Positions 53,033 through 64,000 of a stretch of 64,000 nucleotides of DNA are shown here, one piece after another. The stretch is from the NCBI GenBank assembly GCA_030704615.1, contig CM060733.1:4960001-5024000 (forward strand), given 5' to 3'. The notes below the pieces were generated by a model. It was not told the origin of the DNA. It searched no databases and worked only from the letters and a program-made list of their open reading frames with translations. This DNA comes from Takakia lepidozioides. Lineage: Eukaryota > Plantae > Bryophyta. The number at the start of each line of letters is the position of its first letter. Position 1 is the first letter of the stretch. A program made the position numbers and the translations under genes.

Positions 53033-55579
53033 GCTCGGTTCTTGATCTCTGGTTCTGACTTGATTATAACCATTAGACTGATTGGGGTTTGTAAAGATCA
53101 CTGTGGTATATGTATGAATGACATGCCATCGAGGAATGTGTACATTTCTTTCTTTGAAGCAGAATATTGCCTCTGAATCCAAGATGTTCTGAATCTCACT
53201 TCGTCTTAAGTGGGTTGGGTCTATTGTTGTCTACTCCCTCCTGTTCCTCAATGGTAGAACTGTACTTGCCTTAAACGCTGCAAGTCCGTCCATCACATCA
53301 TTGCTTTTCCTGTAAATACTGCATTGGAGCTGAGCATAGCCAACATCTGAATCTGTCCAGCAGCCTCAGATTGCCCGACCTTTTGAGATTCAAGACTGAA
53401 GGAACATTGCCTCATGCTAAGTCACAAGTCTCGTATGTGTGGGCTATGAACAGAGTGCACTGGAAGAAATGCGAGTCTCTATCTTTGACAGATATTGGAC
53501 AGCATTGAAGATGACTTCTGTGGGTTGTCTGGAGAGATGTTGTCATTCCCACAATATGGTAGTGCTCCGCCGAATGCTGACTTATGCATAGTGTGGCTTT
53601 GCAAGATGTAGGGTTCTGATATCCTGCAAGACTGGGTCGTTGTGATGGATCTTTTCTCCCACCCCCCAACTCAAGCTCCCTCCTGCAGCAAGTAGCCTTC
53701 ACTCTAATGAAACAATCCTGGGCAGGTGCAGTTGTCACTGAAGCATGTGTCCGGTCCAAAGACAATCCTAGGCACAATTATGATTTGAATTCACTTCATG
53801 GCAAACTGCATACCCCGAGTCAAAATTTGCTGTCGTAGGTCCACGGAGTGTTTCCTGTCACCAGGCAGAGTAAGCTGACATCAGAAAACCATCTCTTGCT
53901 GAAATATTGCCATCTAGGAGAAAGAGAAGCTGACACCAGCAGTACCCAAACCTTTTATGGCCATGTGAGAACCAACCATCGTTCCTTGCAACGGGTCATA
54001 TTACATACATACCACTGGAAGGACATTCGATGGGGTTTTACGAGAACCAGCCACATTTGAAAAACGAGCACGGTAACTAGAGATATTAAAGGTTGCCACC
54101 TCCATCTCTCTCTCTCTTCCAGGACAGAGATTACAGGAGTTCGACAACATCTCTTTCCCGGACCTCTTCAAATCTACTGTTAAGGATGCAGGTCGAAAGC
54201 TAGAGAGTCACATCCAATGTGCATCGATGAGCTTTGCTATTTCCTCACTTTTCTACGACCTGGATTCATCGCGCACATTGGTCCTTTAGGACAGGAAGTT
54301 CTCTATCTATGAAGAGGTGCTTTGATCTGAGTTATAAGCTAGGCTACTACATATCTGACTGAGAAATATGGGTAGAGAAGGCTGCCGGTTCCACGCTCTC
54401 TGAGCCCAAAAGAGCGGAAGAGAGATTATAGGAGACGAGAGATTGAAGGACATGTCAGCACACTGTCAATGTCCATCTCTTTATAGTAACGTTCTGATCT
54501 AAGCCTTTCATTGTCTGGGTTGTCTTCATTTGGGAGGCCCTTCCAACTTAGACAAAATTCGCTCCTCAAAACGATAGCAGCTCAAGAATGGGCAAGGTAC
54601 TTGCGCCTTTGGCATATGAGACTTTAATTGTCTCCTTCTTCTATCCTCCTTGTATGACGCTGCCACAGCGTTGGCCAAAAGTATTGGTTGCAAGACAGGC
54701 GTGATGATGAATTGTACTCTCTGAGTGCATGTATGTGATTTTCCAAGATGCAGTGCAGCTTGGATAAGGATTTTGTGATTCAATCAATTTATCCTTCTAA
54801 GGACAACTGTAACTGCATTTCTTGTTGATCTGAGGTGCAATGCTGGGCAATGTGTGCAGCCTGAGGAGGATGAGTGTGAAGAAGTTAAGAAAAAAGGGGT
54901 CACGGTACGTAAATCATGCCCTGCTTTTTTCCCCTAGTGAATTCAGTGCCTGAGGGAGTTGGGAGGTATCGGAAGCAACCAGTATACGAGATGCTATCTT
55001 CACCCCATTTAAGGGCTGATTTGACAGTTGCCTACATAAAATTTGCATGTAGCTCCCAAGTCTACGGGATGAGGAAAGGGCCTTACTGGTTTCTAATCTT
55101 GTAAGGCGGCCGCAAGTGCATGGTCCATCCTTCATGGCCTGCTCTGTAGCTTATACATGACCTTCTTTTCAAGTTCTTCTTGAATTAGCTTTCACTCGAC
55201 ACTGCATCTCCACTACAGTAGTCATATTTAGTGGAGCACCATCTTTGGTCAGCTACGTACTATTATTCTAGCTACTGAAGATCATGAAGGAACATTCTTG
55301 TAGAGAAGCTGGCAAGGGAGGTTAGAAGGAAAGCTAACGATCTTGAAACCATGATTATGCGATTTCTGGAAGGGGCTCACAGTATCAGCTCGCCCTGGGT
55401 TCTTGATTCAGCAGGGGAAGTCCTCGCAAAAATCTGAGTACAGCCTGAGTCAGTTGAAAACACTCTCACACGGAGCCCAAGCTTCCAAGGTTCAGTTGAG
55501 CTTTTGGGAGTTAGTAATGTATATGCACCACAACGAGACTACATTTGGTTATAAGCTGGGTGCGGCCATTTCTTGGCAG

Positions 55580-56057
55580 GTAGATGATTTGAAGACGGCC
55601 CCAATGGACTATCGCTTTCCAACCACTAATCAAGCAAAGCATTGCTACTCTCGCTACAATGAGTTCCACAAGTAAGGAGTGTATACCTCCGCATGTCTTC
55701 AAGTTAATCTGTGCCAAAATCTGCTTGCACCTTGGTATATCTTCTGTCAGACAGGGAGGTCCAGAGTAGCAGGTGTAGATCAATCTACAAACCTTTCTGT
55801 GGCATCTGTACCCATCTAGGTGTGCTGCCGAGAAAGGCGAGGATTCAAAGGAGTGCCAGAAGTATGCAAAGTGGTATCGCTCATTGTGTCCTGGCGAATG
55901 GGTACGACACTAGTCACTCTGAGCTTCAAGCGGGTACATTTTCATTTCTGCTTTTAGAGTTAAGACTAGGAGATTGCTTCTAACCTAGTGGAAGATGTTG
56001 TAGGTTGTGAAGTGGAATGAGGAAAGAGCGAATGGCACCTTTCCAGGTCGTTACTAA
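55580..56057 (+). CDS. COX6B: Cytochrome c oxidase subunit 6b (conserved exons 55580-55671, 55820-55901, 56004-56057; N-terminal exon(s) unresolved)
   Basis: LKTAPMDYRFPTTNQAKHCYSRYNEFHK|CAAEKGEDSKECQKYAKWYRSLCPGEW|VVKWNEERANGTFPGRY* with the CX9C/CX10C pattern. Confidence 0.93.
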
Positions 56058-57501
56058 TCAGACACTGAGGGGCTGGATCATGCTTCAGCAGAGATTCAAT
56101 GATGAAGAATTACAGAACGTTGTAGGACAAATAGGAGATTTCAGCTTCCTTAGTCCTGTCCTTTACTACAGATGGAGTGCTGAGATTACAATGCACTCAA
56201 CTGTAATAAAACTGTAATATGTATACACATAACAACATAACTGTCATACGTGATGCACTTGAGCAAATTTTTGGGGCTGTTTGCTAAAGACTCAGAATGT
56301 TTCATCCTGTAGTTCACCTTCTTTTGATTCCAGGCATACACATCAGGTGGAGAACATTGGGGGAGATTAAATGCCAACTTTCGAAGGTAGCGTTTGTCTG
56401 TGAGGAATTGATTGCACTTGCTTGCACCTTTTGGTCTTTTTCTTTCTCTTCAGAAGGAAGTAAGATTTCACAGGGGCAGAAGTCACCATTGCAGCTTCCG
56501 ATTCGCGAAGCACACACGACCATCAATTATGCAGATACTTGGATTTCCAAGGTCCCATTCATTGGCCTTTACAAAGTTCACAAGCATATGCGCTGCTAGT
56601 GCATTGCAGGTCCCAGTGTGCAATGATGGTCATGTTGCAGTCAAAAAGAGGCCCAAGTGCTGCTGGTATGGCATCATATTTGACGTCTCAAACTTGAGAT
56701 TGGATTTTTTTCGGGAAGATACAAAACACCTTCCAATAAAGTGTACAATTCCAGTACTGTCGCCACAACAGCTCTCAATGTCCAGAAAAGATTCCCCCTA
56801 GGCATGCCAGAATGCATAATCTGTAGTTAATATCTTGCAGCTATGACATCTACACCTCAACAGTTTCTAGAAAGCATGCCCACTAGCTATGTGGCACCAG
56901 CAAATCCAGGAAACTGATCAAGATACATAAACAGTGACTGTTCTTAAACTGGACTTCATTAATAACTCCATGGAGTCCTGCACCAGTGTCACAGATTCAA
57001 CCCAATGTGATGCCGTGCTCATACTACAAAAGACTAGCCATAATGGACAATAGGCCAATTTTGGTACAACACCTACCAAATACCAGATCACCTCTTCCCA
57101 GCTACCACAGAAGCATGCTTGGACACACAGCAGCATGCTAAGACCAGCCATATTTGTCCCTCATGCACTTTCCATTTTTCGATTCCAAATATGGATGGCA
57201 AGCTCAGCACAGCACAAATATATCCTTCTGTGCAGAGGGTCCCTCAATTACTAATCACTCTCTAGGAGAAAATATCCCCCAATATTGTACTTCACTACTT
57301 GGGCCTGTTTTAAGCAAGCAAAAGGACACAATAATTGCATGTCCTAACCTCTGAACAATGCTGACATTGAAGCAGTGCAGCATTCAGTGATTGAAAAAAA
57401 CACCTCGAGCATCCACCGCAATCTACAAGTGCTTCCTGTTGCTGGAAAACTCAGCTTGAATATTGTTTAATAGATGACACATTTTGTACAAACCAAACAA
57501 C

Positions 57502-59148
57502 TCATGCATGGAAGACTACTCTAAAAATCTCAATCTCCTCATTGTCTCTTCTAGAAGTCTCATACTCCTCGTTGTCTCTGCGAGAGGTCCTGATGTCTTC
57601 ATTGCCGGGGTGATAGACAATACTATCTCCAGCTCCATTGCCATTTGCAGATTGCAAGTTGGCCATGGTCTCAACATCCTCATTCTCTGCGCTAGTGACA
57701 TCACTGTCACCAGCTCCCTCAGCACTTGTGGAAGTATGTACAATTGTGATGGTCTCAAGTTCATCACTATCTGGACTGTAGGCAAAGTTGTCTCCACTGT
57801 AGGCAATGTTGCTGTCTGAACTGTAGGCGGTGATGGAGACAACACCTACACCCGTTCGTGTGTCCAAAATGTTGTCTTGTCTAGCAGGGAACCTGCCCAT
57901 CTCTGACAACTGTACCTCAAACATTTCGTGGTCTGGGGTATGGTGCTGGTTGAACCGGCCCACAAAAAAGCCAGTTTCATGGCACCTACCACACAAATCA
58001 TAACCGACTTTTTCAGGACATCCCTTACAGTTGAACCTTCTGCCTACAATGGGCATCATCCCACATCCGTCGCACCCTGCAGCAATGTGAATTGGACCTT
58101 GTAAAGGCTGCAAAGTGCCATCCTTCTTAGATTCACCTGTGGGCTGCTCCTCAGTACTCTCCACAGCCTCTTTGTTGCTTAGCTGCTCAATCAGCTGGAG
58201 GTTCAACTCATGTTGGCGCTTTGCATACTCCGAGGAGAAGGCCCTCTCAAGGTACTGGTGAAGCTCCAAACAAACTTGAAGAAACAGGCCAGGATGAGGG
58301 CTTCCACATGAGGTGCAGGTTGGCCCTTCGGCCTGAGAAGACTCAGGCTTCGTGATACACCCCTCACAAAATATATGACCACAGTTCAAAACGATAGGCC
58401 GGTACAGCAGCCGCTTGCAGGCAGTGCATAACAGATCCGATACAGTAACTCCGTCTCCCGTGCTTGAAGGTCCAGCATCTGCTCCTCGCTCTGGAATGAT
58501 TTTTCCGGACTTGACAAGCCTGCTATCCATTTCTACCTTACTCATTTCTTTGCCTGCTACAGTAAGAGAATTGACCGTCTCCTCATGCATAACCTTTTCT
58601 CTACCAGTATGGTCACGTTTGCACCCACCGGATGGACCAATGTTTCCGTCTGCGACAATGGGCGTCTGGCTTGAGGGAGATCCGAAACAGTGGCTGCCAC
58701 AACAGTCCAATATTTTGAAGCCGCCGCTGTCAAAATCATCCTGCACTGAGCCATTTGCATCTGTACGCCCTTCCGTGTCTCCGTCACGACTTGCGCTTTC
58801 CTCTTTAAAATAGTTTTCAATGAGAGTAACAGAACGGGGGCCCTCCACATCTTTATCAAACTGTGGAGAGAAGATGCTTTTACTCACCTCCTCTTCTCGA
58901 GTTTCCTTCGCCCTGGCAAGATACTCTTCGCGCACGGCTTTACGCAGAAAGAAATGAAGCTGCTCGCAAACGCGCGGAACATGCATGTAAGGCCTTCGAC
59001 AGAGCGGGCAGAGCGGGCAAAGCGATGTGTATGCCCCGTGCACGCACCAGAAGCAGAATAAGTGGCCACACCCGTGCACAATTGGCTTGTACGCTAGCTC
59101 TAAGCATATTAAGCAATGAAAAGGCTCGCCACCATCATCCGTCTCCAT
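57502..59148 (-). CDS. PRT1: PRT1-like N-degron E3 ubiquitin ligase (RING-RING-ZZ), single exon
   Basis: RING1 CLICLELAYKPIVHGCGHLFCFWCVH, RING2 CTACKRLLYRPIVLNCGHIFCEGC, and ZZ H..GCDGCGMMPIVGRRFNCKGCPEKVGYDLCGRCH..RFNQHHTPDH. Confidence 0.9.
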   Translation of the reverse strand: METDDGGEPFHCLICLELAYKPIVHGCGHLFCFWCVHGAYTSLCPLCPLCRRPYMHVPRVCEQLHFFLRKAVREEYLARAKETREEEVSKSIFSPQFDKDVEGPRSVTLIENYFKEESASRDGDTEGRTDANGSVQDDFDSGGFKILDCCGSHCFGSPSSQTPIVADGNIGPSGGCKRDHTGREKVMHEETVNSLTVAGKEMSKVEMDSRLVKSGKIIPERGADAGPSSTGDGVTVSDLLCTACKRLLYRPIVLNCGHIFCEGCITKPESSQAEGPTCTSCGSPHPGLFLQVCLELHQYLERAFSSEYAKRQHELNLQLIEQLSNKEAVESTEEQPTGESKKDGTLQPLQGPIHIAAGCDGCGMMPIVGRRFNCKGCPEKVGYDLCGRCHETGFFVGRFNQHHTPDHEMFEVQLSEMGRFPARQDNILDTRTGVGVVSITAYSSDSNIAYSGDNFAYSPDSDELETITIVHTSTSAEGAGDSDVTSAENEDVETMANLQSANGNGAGDSIVYHPGNEDIRTSRRDNEEYETSRRDNEEIEIFRVVFHA

Positions 59149-59939
59149 GCCTTCTCTCTCCTTCACGATAACCACAATCTCTACCTCCCCACCAGGATCC
59201 CCTCAGTTGCCGCCCCACTATGTAGTCTCTTGTATCTCCCTTCTCAAAAAAATCCTGCCACGTCTACCGCCCTTGTGGATCCAAAACTCCTTCCACAATC
59301 CGCAACTGTCCACCAGAATTCCTCTGTTTGCCTATACTTTTATCTCCTCTCACAATCAACCAACTCCACTTCTTCTCAAATTCTGCACTCTTCACAACAC
59401 AAATTCAACTACAACCTAACAACCAATACGTCTTTCATCGAGCACCTACAAAACTCCACAGAGCTCCTTCAATCCTTCTCTCTCTCTCTCTCTCTCTCGC
59501 CTGCAAGCTTGCGTGTAATTCACAACAAAGATTAAAGCTACGGAATCATGTCTCTCTTTTTTTGTTTTTTCTTTTTCTCTTGCAAGTTGATTCTATCCTT
59601 TCTTGCCCCTGAATCCACGCTTTCTTCTTCCACCGCTGGACCACATTCGACGTTTGTCATACATCCTTCCGCATCTCATCCACTGTTAGAGCCAATAGAG
59701 AGCCTCCGCGACGAGGCGGATGAGTGGCTGGAGGGGGGGCCAGCTCAGCATGTTCCGTCTTTTCATGTACTTGGCTCATGTTCTGCTACCCCTTCATGTG
59801 CTCCTTCTGCCTCTTCAACTTCCAAAAGCCACATCGACATACGTTCGCGATATGATTTGCGTTTCGCGCCAGAGAGCTCAAGATCATGTGAGGTGGAGAT
59901 CGCGGTTTAGAAAGTGTGAGAGGAAAGAATATGTTTTTT

Positions 59940-60330
59940 AAGATTAGTCTGTTTAAAGACAGCAAGAAATGAGACGAGGTTTGTATTAGAGCACCATTTG
60001 ATTTCCTTGCATTATTTGGACAATATTAGCATGTGGAGAATGAATCCGAGAGAACAAATGTCATCTTTGAGACGAGGCTTTTCTTGCTGGAGAGAGCACC
60101 GAGCAACAATGATTTGATGTTTTTGAAGATTAGTCTGTTTAGAGGCAGCAAGGAATCTGAGATGTCTTTGGAGAGACGAGGCTTGTTTTAGAGCATTATT
60201 TGATTTCCTTGCATTATTTGGAACAATATTAGCATGTGGAGAATGAATCCGGGAGAACAAATGTCAGTTTGGAATGAGTTGAGACGAGGCTTTTCTTCTT
60301 GCTGGAGAGAGCACTGAGGACAATGATTTG
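59940..60330. repeat. Tandem duplication, period ~187 bp
   Basis: agattagtctgttta...gcatgtggagaatgaatcc...gctggagagagcac occurs at ~59941 and ~60128. Confidence 0.85.
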
Positions 60331-60899
60331 TTCTTGGTAAATTTTGCTATGATTAGCAGATGATATCTCTCACTGCCATAGCGGAATCCGCTCGTCTCGA
60401 GTTATAGAAAGGAAGGAAGCAGATTATTGCATGTTTCGCAGGTGCCGAATGGCTCAGCGAGATGTTTGGTTCGGTGTTTGGAAGCGGCCGGCCTAGTCGC
60501 GGTGCATCAGTTCCACGGCTTAATCAACTGCTCCCAAGGCAGAGGAAGAAAGGACAGCAAATTATTTCATGTCTGGACGTGCAGGTGCTTGCCACATTTG
60601 TCAACGAGACATCTGTTTTCGTAGATATACGGTGCTCATGTTGCAATGGCAGGTGCCGTGCATTAGTCGCACAGCCAATGGATTGCTGCAGATTGCATCA
60701 AGTTCTCAAATTATATCTTGTTGGAACAGGGAGGACACTTGGTGACTTGGTGACGACTTCCTGGAAGTTAGGGTCGAGCAACACAGCACGAGATTTCACT
60801 GAAGATTTTGTTTAATGGAGACATTTTGTTTCGTTCGTTTTTGTCATGTGATTTGGACATCTGTACAATTTGGCAATGACACACAAACTTCTGCGCAGT

Positions 60900-61500
60900 T
60901 TCCTTCATGGGGTACACAAGGTTCTCAATCCTTCTTGAGAGATAAAGATAGGGATAAAGATAAGCGAGCTCGGCAAGGCACCTAAGGCAATAACTGCAAA
61001 TCTACTGCTTCAGTAAGCTCCCGAGATATCAACATGTTACCGCGAGGCCACTTCTCTGTGGTTCTCCCTAAAAGGCAGAATGACCAACAAATCATCAATG
61101 TTCCTATGAAAGTTAGGACAGAGATCACTTTACTGCCCGCGGAGGGTGGGGAAGAGACCTTTGCCGATCTGCCAGTGAAGGCCTGGGCAGAGAAGCCGTC
61201 AGGCCAATCCTGGAATGCGGGGGTTAACCTCGTCAACGTACCTATCAAGCTTGAGGCGGAGATTTTTCTCTCACCATCTACGAGGACTGGATCTTGTTGC
61301 ATTCCTTTCCCCAAAGGTTTGATGGACACTTCCATGTTTGTTTGGTAGATGGTGCATGATTTGAAGTATAGGCACCAGACGCAGACACACTAGTAGTACA
61401 GTCCCTAAAATTGTTTTTTCCTTGAGTGTGCCCTTGACAACATTGTCCGGTAGTGTGTAGGGTAACTTTCCTATCCAAGGTCCTTCACTAGTTTGAGACT
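60900..61500 (-). mobile_element. Possible degenerate LINE ORF1 remnant
   Basis: Minus-strand reading VPCRARLSFIPIFISQEGLRTL resembles the VPVWVRL..LP motif of plant L1 ORF1. Similarity is weak and the frame is interrupted. Confidence 0.3.
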
Positions 61501-62385
61501 TAGGATACCGAGGGCGGTAACCCCAGGGGACAGGACAAGAGCTAGTGGAGGACTGCGGATAGGAACCTTACCCTGCCTGAAGGCCTGCCCAAGAATTCAC
61601 CGCTATGTCAGCATACAGTAGCAGAAAAATGGGCAGATGTTATTACCTTACCTTTCAAGAAGGTACTCCTGACAATTGTCTGCACACTCTTATCTTCTTG
61701 AGGTCCCCTTGCCATAGAAGGGGAGCTGTTCGTTGATTCTGCCAGCTAAGGGACCTATAAATACAAAGAAAATTTTATTGCGGTTCTTTCCACTCAAGAG
61801 AATTTGCCTCTTTCTGGTTCCTCCTGCTTTGTTTGGAATCATTGTATACCATATTATTATATCAGTTTACTTCATTGTATCTGGTTGAGCGGTCTCATTG
61901 TCCTTGCAATTCTGCTGATCTTGTGATAAGTGGTTCAAATGAGCTCCAAAATGCAATTTTTGAGGAGCAGTGACAGTTCTAGGATTTAGTCTAGTATATG
62001 ATCGCATAAGGTTGTCTGTATATAATCTCAACAGATTTGTCACTGGCATGGACCAATTTCGTGCTCTTTCAGTTCTGCACTCTCTTAGGCAATGTGTGAT
62101 GGCTGAAGTCGCATCTTTACATGATTTGAGAAGATGCAGACCAATCTCCGGCCTGCATCTTCTGAAATCAACATATCTGGTGCTTATTAGGCTTGGCAAC
62201 ACTTTGGCAACACTCCCTATTAGCTGGTGTGCTGAGGCCCTCTTGCAGTCGTTAGCAGCTGCATTGAGCAGTCGAAGTATTTCCTTAGGGCAATCATGTT
62301 GTATTACTCATATTTGGGCAAGAAAGTTATTGGAAGTTGAGAAAAAATTGTCCATTGGTGGCTGGCAGAGAGATTGCAGTTGACA

Positions 62386-64000
62386 ATGCTGCCCTTCAAT
62401 AAGAAGCGAGTGTCCGCCACAAGCAATGCCAAAAGCAGCCAAGATGTGTTGCTTCCAGAATGTTTAGATGCAGCTCCGGTCCAAGAGTTGAATTTGGAAT
62501 GCACATCAGGCGAAATTACTGAGCTGACAAAGCAGGTATGTGCATTAGTTTTTCCAACATCCTTATGAATTTAGTGGAAACAAACTCAGGCTTAGGGTTG
62601 CTCTGTTCACTCCACGATGAAATTGCAGAAAAGGCATGTGCACTCCTGGAAATGCTGCAACATCTTCATTGAAAGGTATGTGAACTTATGGCTGATGTAC
62701 ACATGCTGTGATTTAATGGCTGGTGTCCAATGCAAATGCGTTGAGAGTATGTGTATGTGGGAGCTCAAACTTTGCACCATTTTCTTCTTACTGCTGACAA
62801 GTTGCTTGTGGCCGGTTCAGGTTTTTGTTGAGGGTACTTTAGATCTTTGCAAGTAGTCTTTCTAATAAGGCTGGTGATGTGCTGCTTGTTCTCTTCATTT
62901 TCAATCAATGCACCGTTGTCACTTGAAGACAGTCATTCTAAGCCAACACAGAAGGTCTCTGAAGCAGGTTGAGGCATATACAGGCCAAGTAAAAGATTTG
63001 AAGGGAAGGCTGAGCCGGTTGCAAGACCAGCTCCTCAACGAGAAGATGCATCGATCTGCTATGGAGGAACGTGCAGACACAGCCAAGAAGCATGCTGAGG
63101 GGTTGGAACATCATGCCCGGAATGCTGAAGAGCGAGTCAAAGTTGCACAACACACAGTGGAGACCACCAAGAAGCATGCTGAGGGGTTGGAACATCGTGC
63201 CCAGAATGCTGAAGAGCGAGTCAAAGTTGCACAACACACTGTGGAGACCACCAAGAATCGAACAAGGGATCTAGGAATCTTGTGTGCCTACCAGTCAGTA
63301 AAAGTGGGAGAGTTGGCCAACATGATCAACCTCTTTTTGAAGAAATTAGAGGAGCAGCGCAAAAGTCCTGGTAAACCTGCATCAGAAGTCTGCCAACATC
63401 CACTCCACAACTTGACACATCCCCAAGTTACAACTAATTGTGATGCTGTTAGTGGTGCTGCAACCTTTCAGAGTGCAACTAGCACTCAAGGGGCTGTTCA
63501 ACAGAGTAAAGGAAGCCCCGGTGTCTGTGGAGGTGTCACTCCTCAAAGTGTAAGCAAACCTGAAAGACAGCAAGCACGCATTCGATCCATCTCAACGCAG
63601 GCGGATTTTCCTCCTGGTCCAGTTGGTGATGTAAACCAAGGTCATGTTCGACCTGTCTTGACGCAGGGTGTTATACCCGCTGGTCCAGATAGCTTCTATA
63701 GTCCCAGTGAGGACAAGAGTGGTTCTCCTCCAGGAGGGATGAATTCTCATGATCCTAAGCAAATCAGTTCCCCCAAGAGTAGCCACCAGTCCTCCGGTGC
63801 TCCATCTAGACCTGCCGCCCTGAAAGGCAGTAGCAATAAAATTGTTCATGATCTTCTGAAAGGAATCAACTCCCCAAGGAGTCCCAGTTTGCAATCCCCT
63901 CATGCTCCATGTGGTGGACCTGCTGCCTTGAAAGACTGGGGCTGGAAAACTGCTCTTGATCTTCTGGGGATCAGCTCTCCCAGAAACAGTCCCAATTCCC
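62386..64000 (+). CDS. Uncharacterised coiled-coil protein with Ser/Pro-rich tail, partial (exons ~62380-62535 and 62968->64000)
   Basis: Phase-0 junction ELTKQ|VEAYTGQVKDLKGRLSRLQDQL. The frame stays open for more than 1 kb to the window end, so it is missing from the ORF track. The start is uncertain. Confidence 0.7.
63082..63255 (+). repeat. In-frame 84-bp (28-aa) tandem repeat
   Basis: KKHAEGLEH(H/R)A(R/Q)NAEERVKVAQHTVETT x2. Confidence 0.9.

Noticed and set aside
53412-53777. Possible LINE zf-RVT remnant (CPIS...HFFQC)
   Set aside because: Similarity too weak to support.
59940-60330. Tandem duplication as a second snoRNA pair
   Set aside because: No correctly spaced H/ACA or C/D architecture found, and the copies differ by indels.

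Overview
Gene-dense nuclear DNA of a land plant. The long PLS-class PPR array and RTE-X-like LINEs suggest a non-seed plant (bryophyte, lycophyte or fern; inference). In order: degraded L1-type LINE fragments (1-3.8 kb); SQD1 (3 exons); a ~35-exon tripeptidyl peptidase II gene (8.8-28.5 kb) with LINE insertions in its introns; a full-length but decayed Ty1/copia element (29.3-34.3 kb); a 9-exon phosducin-like TXNDC9/PLP3 gene; a PLS-PPR gene with an eroded E2/E+/DYW tail; a minus-strand coiled-coil gene; PsbTn; COX6b; an intronless PRT1-like E3 ligase; and a coiled-coil gene running off the window end. Three observations stand out. (1) Intron 1 of TXNDC9 holds a cluster of box H/ACA RNA candidates. 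Two are tandem copies whose two pockets are complementary to U5 snRNA loop 1, around the positions equivalent to human Psi46 and Psi43. (2) The minus-strand coiled-coil gene ends in a transmembrane segment plus LLPT-stop, the plant KASH signature. (3) The PPR editing factor appears to be losing its deaminase domain. Exon boundaries were read by eye from GT-AG sites and homology recalled from memory, not from alignments.
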